A DNA stretch of 64,000 nucleotides from Minisyncoccota bacterium (GTDB taxonomy: Bacteria; Patescibacteriota; Minisyncoccia; Phycocordibacterales; CALRHW01), in assembly GCA_046350795.1 (NCBI GenBank), contig JAXLZT010000001.1:484705-548704 (forward strand). Reading direction: 5' to 3'. Below are positions 18,691 to 28,380 of the stretch, in pieces. The notes under the pieces were generated by a model. It ran no database searches and was not told the origin of the DNA. It saw nothing but the letters and a program-made list of their open reading frames with translations. How positions within the stretch are numbered: position 1 is the first letter of the stretch; every line of letters starts with the position of its first letter. The translations under genes were made by a program, and so were the position numbers.

Positions 18691-19677
18691 ATGAAATCAG
18701 GAAAAAAGATACTCGTGTCTGGTGTAAAACCAACCGGTCGACCGCATATTGGCAACTATTTCGGCGCGATGAAACAAATGGTTGATTTGCAAGATGAGCA
18801 CGACTGTCATCTTTTTATTGCCGACCTACATGCACTCACATCAGTAAATGACGCGATAGAGCTTTCACAAAGCACTCTTGATCTAGCCATCGACTACCTC
18901 GCTATCGGCCTCGACCCTAAAAAAGTCACAATATACAAACAATCAGACATACCTCAGACGGCTGAGCTGGCTTGGATTTTCAACTGCATCACCACAATGC
19001 CATACCTCATGCGCGCGCATGCTTTCAAAGACGCCGAAGCAAAAAATCATGAAATAAATGTTGGAGTTTTTGATTATCCTCTACTAATGTCAGCAGATAT
19101 TTTACTTCCAGAAGCAGACGTAGTACCTGTAGGCGCCGACCAAAAACAGCATATAGAAATAGCTCGCGACACAGCAGAAAAATTCAACCGACTTTTTGGC
19201 GAGACTTTCAAAATGCCCGAAGCTTTGATTGTAAAAGACGTCATGACTGTCCCAGGCACAGACGGACAAAAGATGAGTAAAAGCTATGGCAACACTATTT
19301 GCCTTTTTGCTAGCGACGACGAGATCATGAAGGCTGTAATGAAAATACCGACAGATTCAAAGGGTGTAGATGAGCCAAAAAATCCTGATGAATGCAAAGT
19401 TTTTGCACTGCACAAACTTTTTGCCAGCGCAGATGAGCTAGCTGACATTCGTGCAAGATATGAAAAGGGTGGACTCGGATACAAAGAATCAAAAGAAATT
19501 CTCGCGCGTAACATTTCAGCATTTATCACGCCACTTCGCACAAAACGCGAGAAGATAGCGCAAGACACAGAATTTATCATGGACATTTTGAAAGATGGAG
19601 GAAAAAAGATGCACATGCACGCAGAAAAGAAAATGAATGAAATCCGCACAAAGGTGGGATTGGCTTTTAAGCAGTAA
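18691..19677 (+). CDS. trpS: tryptophan--tRNA ligase
   Basis: HIGN motif (GRPHIGNYFG) and KMSKS (KMSKSYGN). Confidence 0.95.
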   Translation: MKSGKKILVSGVKPTGRPHIGNYFGAMKQMVDLQDEHDCHLFIADLHALTSVNDAIELSQSTLDLAIDYLAIGLDPKKVTIYKQSDIPQTAELAWIFNCITTMPYLMRAHAFKDAEAKNHEINVGVFDYPLLMSADILLPEADVVPVGADQKQHIEIARDTAEKFNRLFGETFKMPEALIVKDVMTVPGTDGQKMSKSYGNTICLFASDDEIMKAVMKIPTDSKGVDEPKNPDECKVFALHKLFASADELADIRARYEKGGLGYKESKEILARNISAFITPLRTKREKIAQDTEFIMDILKDGGKKMHMHAEKKMNEIRTKVGLAFKQ

Positions 19678-19707
19678 TCAAGATATTTAAAAATTAGGCA
19701 AACAAAA

Positions 19708-19740
19708 ACCCCGCAACAACGCAGACTCGGGGTCTTTGTT
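19708..19740. terminator. bidirectional terminator between trpS (+) and the cassette-C gene (-): ACCCCG...CGGGGT with T-rich flanks
   Basis: A GC stem flanked by A-tracts and T-tracts on both strands, sitting between the convergent stops. Confidence 0.45.
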
Positions 19741-19758
19741 GATGCGGAGTGTCTCTCA

Positions 19759-20256
19759 TCACCACGTGTAGTAGAACCTGGGATCCGTGGCAGGCGAGTA
19801 TCGATCCCCTGGGTACTTGTCTTCATTCCGGATAATTGCACCGCTTTTGCTGAGTTCAAACTGCATGTGACTCGCATTGGCGGTATATCCGTGATCGGTC
19901 GGAGTGATCTCGTTGAATGCGTACGAGATGTGCCGACCCGCTTCGTCCAAGACATACATAGCCACGTCGCGCTTGCCGAGAAGAGCCCCGTCAGAAAGAA
20001 GCCCAATCTGGTCGTAGCCCTCAAGCGAAGCAGGCATGTCCTTTTCGTTGAGGACAAACCAGAACTGACCCATTCGGCCGATCTTGGTGCCGTCTCCCAG
20101 TGTCTGGTACTCCTGCAAGATCGGCTTAATGCCAATCTGCTGGTTCACCTGGATAGCGTTGGCTTCCAGGTAGTTGATTCGCATCCTCAAATTGTGCGAA
20201 TTGCAGATCGAATCAACCGCAAACAGAAAGAGGACGAAAATCAGAGCATTCTTCAT
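19759..20256 (-). CDS. hypothetical secreted protein (165 aa, signal peptide) in GC-rich cassette C
   Basis: N-terminal signal-like sequence MKNALIFVLFLFAVDSIC. AAGGAG Shine-Dalgarno 8 nt upstream of the ATG. GC-rich codon usage. Confidence 0.55.
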   Translation of the reverse strand: MKNALIFVLFLFAVDSICNSHNLRMRINYLEANAIQVNQQIGIKPILQEYQTLGDGTKIGRMGQFWFVLNEKDMPASLEGYDQIGLLSDGALLGKRDVAMYVLDEAGRHISYAFNEITPTDHGYTANASHMQFELSKSGAIIRNEDKYPGDRYSPATDPRFYYTW

Positions 20257-20329
20257 TGGTACTTCTCCTTGTTGGTGAGGTATTTCAAACTACGTGTCAG
20301 AATTGAAACGTAGGAACAGTCTTGCCACT

Positions 20330-20358
20330 ACTTTAGCACCTTTTTGGCTATATGTCAA
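20330..20358 (-). promoter_or_regulatory. sigma70-type promoter TTGACA-17-TAAAGT (minus strand) for cassette C
   Basis: Consensus -35 box. The leader carries CTACGT...ACGTAG and TTCAA...TTGAA stems. Confidence 0.45.
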
Positions 20359-20456
20359 GCTAGTAAGAAGTTCTATTTTGCCCATATTTCTGTTATTATT
20401 CCTCATATATTTAATAAAACAGCCCGGCGAAACCGGTGCGACGAAAAAACAAAACC

Positions 20457-21851
20457 ATGGAAAGAACTTTAGTGAGAGAACTCAAAAATCATATCGGCAA
20501 AGAAGTGCTACTCAAGGGCTGGGTGGATATTCGTCGTGATCACGGCAAGCTCATTTTCATAGACATGCGCGACGCGTCTGGAAAAGTGCAAATGGTTGCG
20601 CTTCCAAATCACACAGAAGCACACGCTCTCGCAAACACAGTGCGCACAGAATGGGTCATTGAAGTCAAAGGAAAAGTAAATCCTCGCCCAGAAAAAATGG
20701 TAAAAGCGGGTGAGCTCAACGGAGAGCTTGAAATAGAAATCCTCGACATGAAAGTGCTCAACGAAGCACAGACACCTCCTTTTGACGTGGGCTCTGACGG
20801 TCGCGACATCAACGAAGAGACTCGTCTCAAGTATCGCTACCTTGATTTGCGCCGACCGAGAATGCAAGCAAACATTCGCAACCGCCACAAAGCGATACAG
20901 TTTGTGCGCGAGTTTTACACGCGCGAAGGTTTTACAGAAGTCGAGACACCATATCTGACCAAGTCTACACCTGAGGGCTCTCGCGACTACATTGTGCCTT
21001 CTCGCCTAGATCAAGGTAAATTTTACGCCCTCCCACAATCTCCTCAGCAATACAAACAGCTCCTCATGTCCGCTGGCTTTGAAAGATATTTTCAGATTGC
21101 TCGATGTTTCCGCGACGAAGACACACGAGGCGACAGACAGCCTGAGTTTACACAAATAGATATTGAAATGAGTTTTGCTGTACAAGAAGACGTGATGGCA
21201 ATGAATGAAAAAATGATCACAGAGCTTGTGCAAAAGCTTTATCCAGAGAAAAAAATCACAGCGCTTCCTTTTCCACGACTTTCATACAAAGAAGCTATGG
21301 AAAAGTACGGCAATGACAAGCCTGATTTGCGCGTAGACAAGAATGATCCAAATGAGCTCGCATTTTGCTGGGTTATAGACTTCCCATTTTTTGAAAAGAC
21401 AGATGAGGGCGGTTGGACATTTACTCACAATCCTTTTTCTGCGCCAAAGCCTGAGTACGTGCCAGATTTACTCGCAAAGAAAAATATAGAAGGCATCGTC
21501 GCTGCACAGTATGACATGGTGCTCAATGGCTTTGAAATAGGTGGCGGAGGAATACGCAACCACACTCCTGCAATGCTTCGCGCTGTGTTTGAAATAATGG
21601 GATATGAGGCGGAGAGGATAGAGAAAAACTTTGGTCATATGTTAGAAGCTTTCGCTTCTGGTACACCTCCACATGGAGGTCTAGCTTTTGGCTTTGATAG
21701 ATTGATTATGCTCCTACAAAACGAGCCGAATATTCGCGAGGTCATAGCTTTTGCCAAAACAGGCGAAGGCCGTGATCCAATGATGCAGTCACCAGCCGAG
21801 GTTGCGGGTGCGCAGTTGAAAGAGTTGGGGATTAAGGTGGTCATGGACTAA
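20457..21851 (+). CDS. aspS: aspartate--tRNA ligase, bacterial type but lacking the GAD insertion domain
   Basis: QSPQ (LPQSPQQYKQ), motif 2 FRDED and motif 3 GGGG.R are present. The segment between DKPDLR and WVIDFPFFE is only about 15 aa, against about 130 aa in E. coli. The ORF track starts at a GTG at 20436; the ATG at 20457 gives MERTLV. Confidence 0.9.
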   Translation: MERTLVRELKNHIGKEVLLKGWVDIRRDHGKLIFIDMRDASGKVQMVALPNHTEAHALANTVRTEWVIEVKGKVNPRPEKMVKAGELNGELEIEILDMKVLNEAQTPPFDVGSDGRDINEETRLKYRYLDLRRPRMQANIRNRHKAIQFVREFYTREGFTEVETPYLTKSTPEGSRDYIVPSRLDQGKFYALPQSPQQYKQLLMSAGFERYFQIARCFRDEDTRGDRQPEFTQIDIEMSFAVQEDVMAMNEKMITELVQKLYPEKKITALPFPRLSYKEAMEKYGNDKPDLRVDKNDPNELAFCWVIDFPFFEKTDEGGWTFTHNPFSAPKPEYVPDLLAKKNIEGIVAAQYDMVLNGFEIGGGGIRNHTPAMLRAVFEIMGYEAERIEKNFGHMLEAFASGTPPHGGLAFGFDRLIMLLQNEPNIREVIAFAKTGEGRDPMMQSPAEVAGAQLKELGIKVVMD

Positions 21852-21916
21852 AAATTACAGGAATCAAAGTTTAATTGGTTAATTTCAAATTAAAGGTTTT
21901 GGTCTTAACTTTTAAT

Positions 21917-21944
21917 TTGCATTATTTGTATTATATGCTATACT
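21917..21944 (+). promoter_or_regulatory. sigma70-type promoter TTGCAT-16-TATACT for fic and the downstream hsd genes, giving a leaderless mRNA
   Basis: The -10 box ends 6 nt before the fic ATG and there is no Shine-Dalgarno. Confidence 0.5.
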
Positions 21945-21950
21945 CGACCT

Positions 21951-23087
21951 ATGGCAGACAAATACAAGTCAGGAACGCATAAGCAACATGAGGGCTACAA
22001 GAGCTTTCAGCCATCTTTGGTTAATAAGAGTTTTGAGTGGACAGACAAGCGTATTGATGTCCTTCTTGCTGATGCCATGAGATATCTCGGCGAGCTCAAC
22101 GCTTTTTCAAAGTTGGTCCCTGACGTGGATTTTTTCATAAAAATGCACATCGCAAAAGAAGCTACTACCTCAAGCAAAATTGAGGGTACACAGACAAAAC
22201 TCGATGAGGCACTTCTCCCTGAACTTGAAATTGATCCAGAAAAAAGAAACGACTGGGAAGAAGTTCAGAACTATGTAAAAGCCATCAACTACTCAATTGC
22301 AGAACTTGAAAGGCTACCCCTATCAATACGGCTTGCAAGAGATACGCATAAAGTTTTACTTTCTAGTGTTCGTGGATATACAAAACTTCCAGGAGAAGTT
22401 CGCCGAAGCCAGAACTGGATCGGTGGTGCAACCCTCAAAGATGCGGTATTTATTCCACCTCACCATGAAGAAGTTGGTGAACTCTTGAGTGATCTTGAAA
22501 GGTTTTGGCACAACAAAGAGGTTGATATTCCAGATCTTATAAAGATCGCCATCTCGCACTATCAATTCGAAACCATCCACCCATTCCTCGATGGTAATGG
22601 TCGTATTGGTCGACTGCTCATTACTCTTCACTTGGTGAGCCTTGGTATTCTTCAGAAGCCAACACTCTACATCTCAGATTTCTTCGAAAAGCATCGTCCG
22701 CAATATTACGATGGTCTTTCGCGTGTTCGCGAAACGAACGACATTGAGCACTGGTTGAGATTCTTTCTTACTGGTGTGCTTGAGACCGCAAAGAATTCAA
22801 GACAGACACTCGAGAAGATTATTGACCTTAGAAAGAAGTACGAAACAACAATCGAAAAAGGCATGGGCATCAAACGCCAAAAGCTTGGTAAGGAACTTTT
22901 GCGTTGCTTGTTCTCACAGCCAGTTGTAACGATTCGAGACATCGAGTCAATGCTCTCGGTGACATTCCCGACAGCGTCTGCAATAACAAAAGATTTTGTT
23001 AAGCTGGGTTTGTTCTCAGAGAAGACTGGGCTTAAGAAGGATCGAATCTTCTACCTTACCGAATACATTAATCTCTTTAATAAATAA
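21951..23087 (+). CDS. fic: Fic family protein (AMPylase/adenylyltransferase), class II with an N-terminal inhibitory motif
   Basis: Canonical [12 protein letters not shown] Fic motif. An upstream SSKIEG matches the [ST]xxxE[GN] inhibitory-helix motif. Confidence 0.85.
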   Translation: MADKYKSGTHKQHEGYKSFQPSLVNKSFEWTDKRIDVLLADAMRYLGELNAFSKLVPDVDFFIKMHIAKEATTSSKIEGTQTKLDEALLPELEIDPEKRNDWEEVQNYVKAINYSIAELERLPLSIRLARDTHKVLLSSVRGYTKLPGEVRRSQNWIGGATLKDAVFIPPHHEEVGELLSDLERFWHNKEVDIPDLIKIAISHYQFETIHPFLDGNGRIGRLLITLHLVSLGILQKPTLYISDFFEKHRPQYYDGLSRVRETNDIEHWLRFFLTGVLETAKNSRQTLEKIIDLRKKYETTIEKGMGIKRQKLGKELLRCLFSQPVVTIRDIESMLSVTFPTASAITKDFVKLGLFSEKTGLKKDRIFYLTEYINLFNK

Positions 23088-23095
23088 TAAACATC

Positions 23096-25012
23096 ATGGA
23101 AAATTTCAACCAAAAAACATCAATGATCTGGAGTATAGCCGACATCTTACGTGGTGGCTGGAAACAGCATGAATACCAGGATGTGATATTGCCTTTGGTG
23201 GTTTTGAAGCGCCTCGATTCTATCCTTGCCGACACTAAAGCTTCGGTCCTCGAGAAATACAATGAGTATAAAGGCAAAGTGAATGACCTTGATCCTATCC
23301 TCAAGAAAACTTCAGGGACAGCCTTCTACAATATCTCTGATTACGATTTCAAAACTATTCTTGGAGAGCCAAAGCATCTCGCAAAGAACTTCAAGCAGTA
23401 CATTAACGGGTACAGCAAGAATATCCAGGACATCTTTGAGAAGTTTGATTTCAGCAAACAGCTCGAGCGTCTCGAAGGTGGTGATCTCTTGTTTTACGTG
23501 ATTCAGGAATTGAATAAAGTTGATTTGCACCCTTCAAAGGTAGACAACTATCAAATGGGACACATCTTTGAAGAACTTCTCCGAAAGTTTTCTGAAATGT
23601 CCAACGAAACCGCTGGAGAGCACTACACCCCACGAGACGTGATCGGACTTATGACCGAGATGCTCTTCTCGCCTGATAAGAAGGACCTCAAGAAACCTCA
23701 CGTTATAAAAAAGATTTATGACCCTGCCTGTGGTACAGGTGGCATGCTTTCTGTTGCTAAGGATTACATTCTCGAAAACATAAATAAAGAAGCTGACATT
23801 TTCCTTTACGGCCAAGAACTTAACTCGGTGACGTATGCAATGGCTAAGTCAGACATGCTTATCAAGGGTGATAATCCTGATCTAATTCGAGGTGGTGAAA
23901 AGGACCATTCAAAAGCAAGTACACTCGCCAACGATCAATTCTTTGCAGAAGTATTTGACTACGGACTAAGTAATCCACCCTACGGAGTTGATTGGAAGAA
24001 GGATAAGGATGCTGTAGAGCGTGAAGCATCTCGTGGATACGCTGGTAGGTTTGGTGCAGGAACTCCTCGCATTTCTGATGGACAACTTTTGTTCCTACAG
24101 CATCTCATTTCAAAGATGAAACCTGAAAAAGATGGCGGCTCACGTATTGCGATCGTTCACAACGGGTCCCCACTATTTACCGGTGATGCTGGTAGCGGAG
24201 AAAGTGAAATCCGCCGATGGATTCTTGAAAAGGATCTGCTCGAAGCAATCGTCGCATTGCCTGATCAGCTTTTCTATAACACAGGAATTAATACATACCT
24301 TTGGTTTATCACCAACAGAAAATCAAAAGAAAGAAAAAGTAAGGTTCAGCTTATTGATGCTCGCACCCTCTTCAAGAAAACTCGCAAGAGTCTTGGTAGT
24401 AAGCGACATGAGATTGACACTGAACACAAAAAACAAATTTTGGATCTGTACGAGAAATTTGAAGAAAATGAATACTCAAAGATTTTCAAGACAACAGACT
24501 TTGCATACAGACAGATCACCATTGAGCGCCCTCTCCGCCTCAAGCTTGATTTCACTCCAGAGAAAATAAAGGAGATTACCGAAACTCTTGATCCAAGCGC
24601 TATTAAAGCTGGCGTAAAGACACTCATAGAATCTTTTGAGAATCAGATATATATGAGCAAGAAGGTATTCGAAGAAGCTTTTGATAAAAGGGTTGAACAG
24701 TATGTATCAGGCAAGCTTACCGCCGCACTCTACAAAAAAATTATTTCTACCTTTAGCGAAAGTGATCCAGAGGCGGACATTGTACTTGATAAGAATGGCG
24801 ACCCAGAGGCCGACACGTCTTTGCGTGATTTTGAGAATGTTCCGTATGAGATGGATATCAAAGAATATTTTGATAAAGAGGTAAAGCCATACGTGCCTGA
24901 TGCTTGGATCAATGAATCAGTCCGAGATCACAAAGACGGTAAGGTTGGTATCGTGGGCTACGAGATTCCATTCACTCGCCACTTCTACAAGTACGAAGCC
25001 CACGAAGCTTAG
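23096..25012 (+). CDS. hsdM: type I restriction-modification system methyltransferase subunit HsdM
   Basis: N6-adenine methyltransferase motif IV NPPYG (LSNPPYGVDW); HsdM N-terminal and C-terminal regions. Confidence 0.9.
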   Translation: MENFNQKTSMIWSIADILRGGWKQHEYQDVILPLVVLKRLDSILADTKASVLEKYNEYKGKVNDLDPILKKTSGTAFYNISDYDFKTILGEPKHLAKNFKQYINGYSKNIQDIFEKFDFSKQLERLEGGDLLFYVIQELNKVDLHPSKVDNYQMGHIFEELLRKFSEMSNETAGEHYTPRDVIGLMTEMLFSPDKKDLKKPHVIKKIYDPACGTGGMLSVAKDYILENINKEADIFLYGQELNSVTYAMAKSDMLIKGDNPDLIRGGEKDHSKASTLANDQFFAEVFDYGLSNPPYGVDWKKDKDAVEREASRGYAGRFGAGTPRISDGQLLFLQHLISKMKPEKDGGSRIAIVHNGSPLFTGDAGSGESEIRRWILEKDLLEAIVALPDQLFYNTGINTYLWFITNRKSKERKSKVQLIDARTLFKKTRKSLGSKRHEIDTEHKKQILDLYEKFEENEYSKIFKTTDFAYRQITIERPLRLKLDFTPEKIKEITETLDPSAIKAGVKTLIESFENQIYMSKKVFEEAFDKRVEQYVSGKLTAALYKKIISTFSESDPEADIVLDKNGDPEADTSLRDFENVPYEMDIKEYFDKEVKPYVPDAWINESVRDHKDGKVGIVGYEIPFTRHFYKYEAHEA

Positions 25013-25082
25013 AGGAAATAGAGATTGATATAGAAAAGAGTCGAGAATGAATTGCTCACTCTCCTAAAGCAACTATAAACAT

Positions 25083-25409
25083 ATGGCTGACATTAAACTG
25101 CCACAATTAAATAACAAAGAAGAAGTTCTTACTTTCCTAAAGGAAGCGCCTGTCCAACTTGCAGAAGTTGTTACTGGAATTCTCGGATCTGAATCTACCG
25201 AATGGAAGATGTCTGCTGGCCGCATTATCCAAAGTGCGTTAAAAGGTAATCTTCTAACATGCCTTGGCAATGAACTAAAAAAGTATAAAGACAAAGGTGA
25301 AATTAAAGATGATTTCCTTGCAACAGATGCGACCAGAATGGCTTTAAATGAGATCTTAAAGATGATCGATGGTAATGATATTCGGATGAGATTAAATTTC
25401 GTGCAATAA
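25083..25409 (+). CDS. hypothetical protein (108 aa) between hsdM and hsdS
   Basis: ORF only; AT-rich. It may be the 5-prime half of a gene disrupted before the next ORF. Confidence 0.3.
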   Translation: MADIKLPQLNNKEEVLTFLKEAPVQLAEVVTGILGSESTEWKMSAGRIIQSALKGNLLTCLGNELKKYKDKGEIKDDFLATDATRMALNEILKMIDGNDIRMRLNFVQ

Positions 25410-25461
25410 AATCAATTTTTATAAGTGGTATCAATACTAATTCAACAAACGAAGATGAGTT

Positions 25462-25818
25462 TTGGCATACGAATTTTTACGCACTGCTGTAGGTGTTTCT
25501 GGTACTGAAGTTTTGATACTTAAAGCAAATTTCGCAATAGCAAACAAGCAATATGTAAATGATGTTGGAATATTGATTGAAAAAAATGCTTCTCCACACT
25601 CTAGACAAGGATGGGCAAATATAGTTTCAAAACAAATGGGCCTACAAGGGTTTAATACTCTTGTGAGTAAGTATGAAGAAAATCTTGAAAAGCTTGGACT
25701 CATTTCTCCAAGAAATTATGACAACCGATTTTCAAGTGAATTTATTCCAACAAATAAGTTTCGTCTAAGTGAGATGGGTTATAAATTCTGCCAGTTCATG
25801 ACTAAATATGAGAAATAA
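25462..25818 (+). CDS. hypothetical protein (118 aa), TTG start, overlapping the hsdS start by 11 nt
   Basis: The ORF lies in a different frame from the previous one, 53 nt downstream. It has a weak TTG start and no clear Shine-Dalgarno. Confidence 0.3.
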   Translation: MAYEFLRTAVGVSGTEVLILKANFAIANKQYVNDVGILIEKNASPHSRQGWANIVSKQMGLQGFNTLVSKYEENLEKLGLISPRNYDNRFSSEFIPTNKFRLSEMGYKFCQFMTKYEK

Positions 25819-27133
25819 TATGCAAACACTCAAACTTACAAAGAAATATGAAAAGTACCCTGAATATAAAGATTCAGGGGTTGAGTGGTTTGGAAAAGTT
25901 CCGAAAGACTGGCAAGTTGGACCGCTTAGATCTGTATTAGTTGAGAGAGTAGAGAAAAACAAAAAACTCGTAACTGACAATATTCTTTCAGTAATGAAAG
26001 ATGTTGGTGTAATTAGGTACGCGGATAAGGGTGATGTTGGCAATAAGAGTTCTGATCGGCCTGAGAATTATAAGATAGTTCACGCTGGAGACATTGTCTT
26101 AAACAGTATGAATCTTGTAATTGGTTCTGTGGGACAATCAAAAGAGCTTGGTGTTACAAGTTCTGTATATATTATTTACTATCCAAGAAACAAAGAAATA
26201 TTTGCTGATTATTACCATTACTTATTTAGAAATAAATCGTGGCAAAAAACCTTAGGGAGACTTGGTAAAGGAATAATGGAATTGAGAGAATCCATAAATT
26301 CAGATCTCCTAAAGATAGAGCCGGTTCCTATACCTCCCTTTAATCAACAGAAAGCAATAGTAGCCTTTCTTGATAAAAAAACTTCTTATATTGATCGAAT
26401 CATCGAGAACAAACAAAAATTAATTGAGCTTTTGCGTGAGAAACGCACATCGGTTATTAATAATGCCGTTACAATAGGTCTTACTCAGAAAGTTGAGCTT
26501 GTTGAAAGTGGTATTGCTTGGATTGGGAAGATGCCAAAGGGATGGAGATTAGACAAGATCAAGAGAGTTGCTCTTATAAATAAAAAGACTCTATCAGAAA
26601 ATACTAACCCTAATTTTTCCTTCAAATATTTTGATATTGGATCGGTTGATGAAGAAGAAGTGTCTAATGTTGAAAGTGAAATAACTTTTGAAAAAGCACC
26701 GAGCCGAGCAAGAAGAATTGTTAGTGTTGGAGACTCAATAATTGCCACCGTCAGAACATATCTCAAAGCAATCGCTTACTTCGATAAGTTAGATACTGAT
26801 ACAGTAGCTTCTACTGGTTTTGCTGTCTTAACCCCCAAAAAAGAATTGATTCCAAAATATCTTTTTTATTATCTACAATCAGATAGATTCATTAACCAAG
26901 TAATCATTAAGTCAAAAGGTATAGGCTATCCGGCAATTACACCTTTTGATCTTGGTTCTTTAGAAATAATCTACCCTGATAAAAACATCCAACAATCAAT
27001 TGTTACCTATCTTGATGAAAGTGTAAATAAATATAATTCAATTATTGAAAAAGCCGAAAAATCAATAAATCTTTTAAGCGAGTTTAAGTCTTCACTGATA
27101 TCAAGTGTGGTAACAGGAAAAATTAAAGTATAA
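25808..27133 (+). CDS. hsdS: type I restriction-modification system specificity subunit HsdS
   Basis: Two target-recognition domains separated by conserved central and C-terminal helical repeats (LxxKRxxLI...) typical of HsdS. Confidence 0.85.
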   Translation: MRNNMQTLKLTKKYEKYPEYKDSGVEWFGKVPKDWQVGPLRSVLVERVEKNKKLVTDNILSVMKDVGVIRYADKGDVGNKSSDRPENYKIVHAGDIVLNSMNLVIGSVGQSKELGVTSSVYIIYYPRNKEIFADYYHYLFRNKSWQKTLGRLGKGIMELRESINSDLLKIEPVPIPPFNQQKAIVAFLDKKTSYIDRIIENKQKLIELLREKRTSVINNAVTIGLTQKVELVESGIAWIGKMPKGWRLDKIKRVALINKKTLSENTNPNFSFKYFDIGSVDEEEVSNVESEITFEKAPSRARRIVSVGDSIIATVRTYLKAIAYFDKLDTDTVASTGFAVLTPKKELIPKYLFYYLQSDRFINQVIIKSKGIGYPAITPFDLGSLEIIYPDKNIQQSIVTYLDESVNKYNSIIEKAEKSINLLSEFKSSLISSVVTGKIKV

Positions 27134-27137
27134 ATAT

Positions 27138-28379
27138 ATGTTCGGACCAACTTTTGACGATTATTATAGAAAAGCTATCGAGATGTTCAATCAAGACATC
27201 TTGAGGGAGTCTGATGAGCAAATTTTAGGATCAGAAATAGATGATCTTGCAAATTTCTATTGTCAGAAATATGCCCTGGTCCCATTAGTATTCGATCCAG
27301 CAGATTTATCGTATGAAATGAAAAAAGAGGTTCGTCGAGTACCCGCTCATCAGCGTGATGAATTTTATCGATACCAGGGTGATACAGAATTTGAATATGA
27401 ATCCGCAGTGCTTTCTTTTCCTATTCAAGCTAATCCAAATTTAGACTGGTTGAAAAAGTTATCGGGGCCAGTGCATCATATGGATGGATTTGACCAAAGA
27501 GTAGTATACGGTCCCAGTGAGATTTCTTATTCCTTTGATGTTAAGTGGTATGGTGGCCATTCAAGCGAAGATAGTATTGCGAACGAAATTAATACAAAAT
27601 CACAAAGAATCATTGAGAGTCTAAACCAAAAGAACTCTAGTATTGAATCTGGCAATGCAGCACTTCTGAGAACAATCAAAGATGGAATCACTAAACGCAA
27701 AGAAAAATTATTAAGTGATAAGGAGAAATTGAGCACGCTTACTCAGAAAATAAAAATACCTCTAAAACAAAAAACTAATCCCTCTGCTACGAAGATTCAA
27801 GTAGATGTTAAAAAGTTTGTCCATGTTGTAAAGCCAACACCTAAATTACCAGCAGAATATACGCTTGAGGAATCGATCCTGAAAGATATTTTGGGATTTG
27901 TTGATAATCAATGCAGAACATTTGAGAGAACTCCTGGTGCTTATAAGCAATTAGGAGAAGAGCAACTTCGTGATGTAATCCTTTCTGCGCTAAATGGTAT
28001 TTTTGAAGGCAATGCTACTGGAGAAACTTTCGTCAAAAAAGGAAAAACTGATATACATCTTAAAATTGAGAAAGGAGAAATTTTGATTTTTGAATGTAAA
28101 AACTGGGATGGAGAAAAGATATATCTAGAGACCATAGACCAATTGATGGGATACGTTACCTGGAGACAAAACTATGGCGTTGTGATCATGTTTTCGAAAA
28201 ATAAAGATTTTTCAAAAATACTAGCTCAAATACCAGACATTATTCAAAAGCATACGCAATATAAATCAGGATTCAAACAGTTAAACAGCAACCATTTTGT
28301 ATCCGACCACACTCTTCCCGAGGATTCTGGTAAGACAATAAAGGTACATCACTTGATATATAACATTTACAGCGAATAA
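27138..28379 (+). CDS. hypothetical protein with a C-terminal PD-(D/E)xK nuclease-like core, in the hsdS-hsdR slot (candidate abortive-infection or defence effector)
   Basis: C-terminal ...KTDIHLKIEKGEILIFECKNWDGE...QLMGY gives D-x14-E-C-K in a beta-strand context. No P-loop is present. It is tightly packed between hsdS and hsdR with a 1-nt gap. Confidence 0.45.
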   Translation: MFGPTFDDYYRKAIEMFNQDILRESDEQILGSEIDDLANFYCQKYALVPLVFDPADLSYEMKKEVRRVPAHQRDEFYRYQGDTEFEYESAVLSFPIQANPNLDWLKKLSGPVHHMDGFDQRVVYGPSEISYSFDVKWYGGHSSEDSIANEINTKSQRIIESLNQKNSSIESGNAALLRTIKDGITKRKEKLLSDKEKLSTLTQKIKIPLKQKTNPSATKIQVDVKKFVHVVKPTPKLPAEYTLEESILKDILGFVDNQCRTFERTPGAYKQLGEEQLRDVILSALNGIFEGNATGETFVKKGKTDIHLKIEKGEILIFECKNWDGEKIYLETIDQLMGYVTWRQNYGVVIMFSKNKDFSKILAQIPDIIQKHTQYKSGFKQLNSNHFVSDHTLPEDSGKTIKVHHLIYNIYSE

Positions 28380-28380
28380 T

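Noticed and set aside
19284-20135. 283-aa minus-strand ORF spanning the trpS 3-prime end and cassette C
   Set aside because: It overlaps trpS (strong synthetase motifs) in antisense. Its product is Arg/Ser-rich and low-complexity, with no start-site signals.
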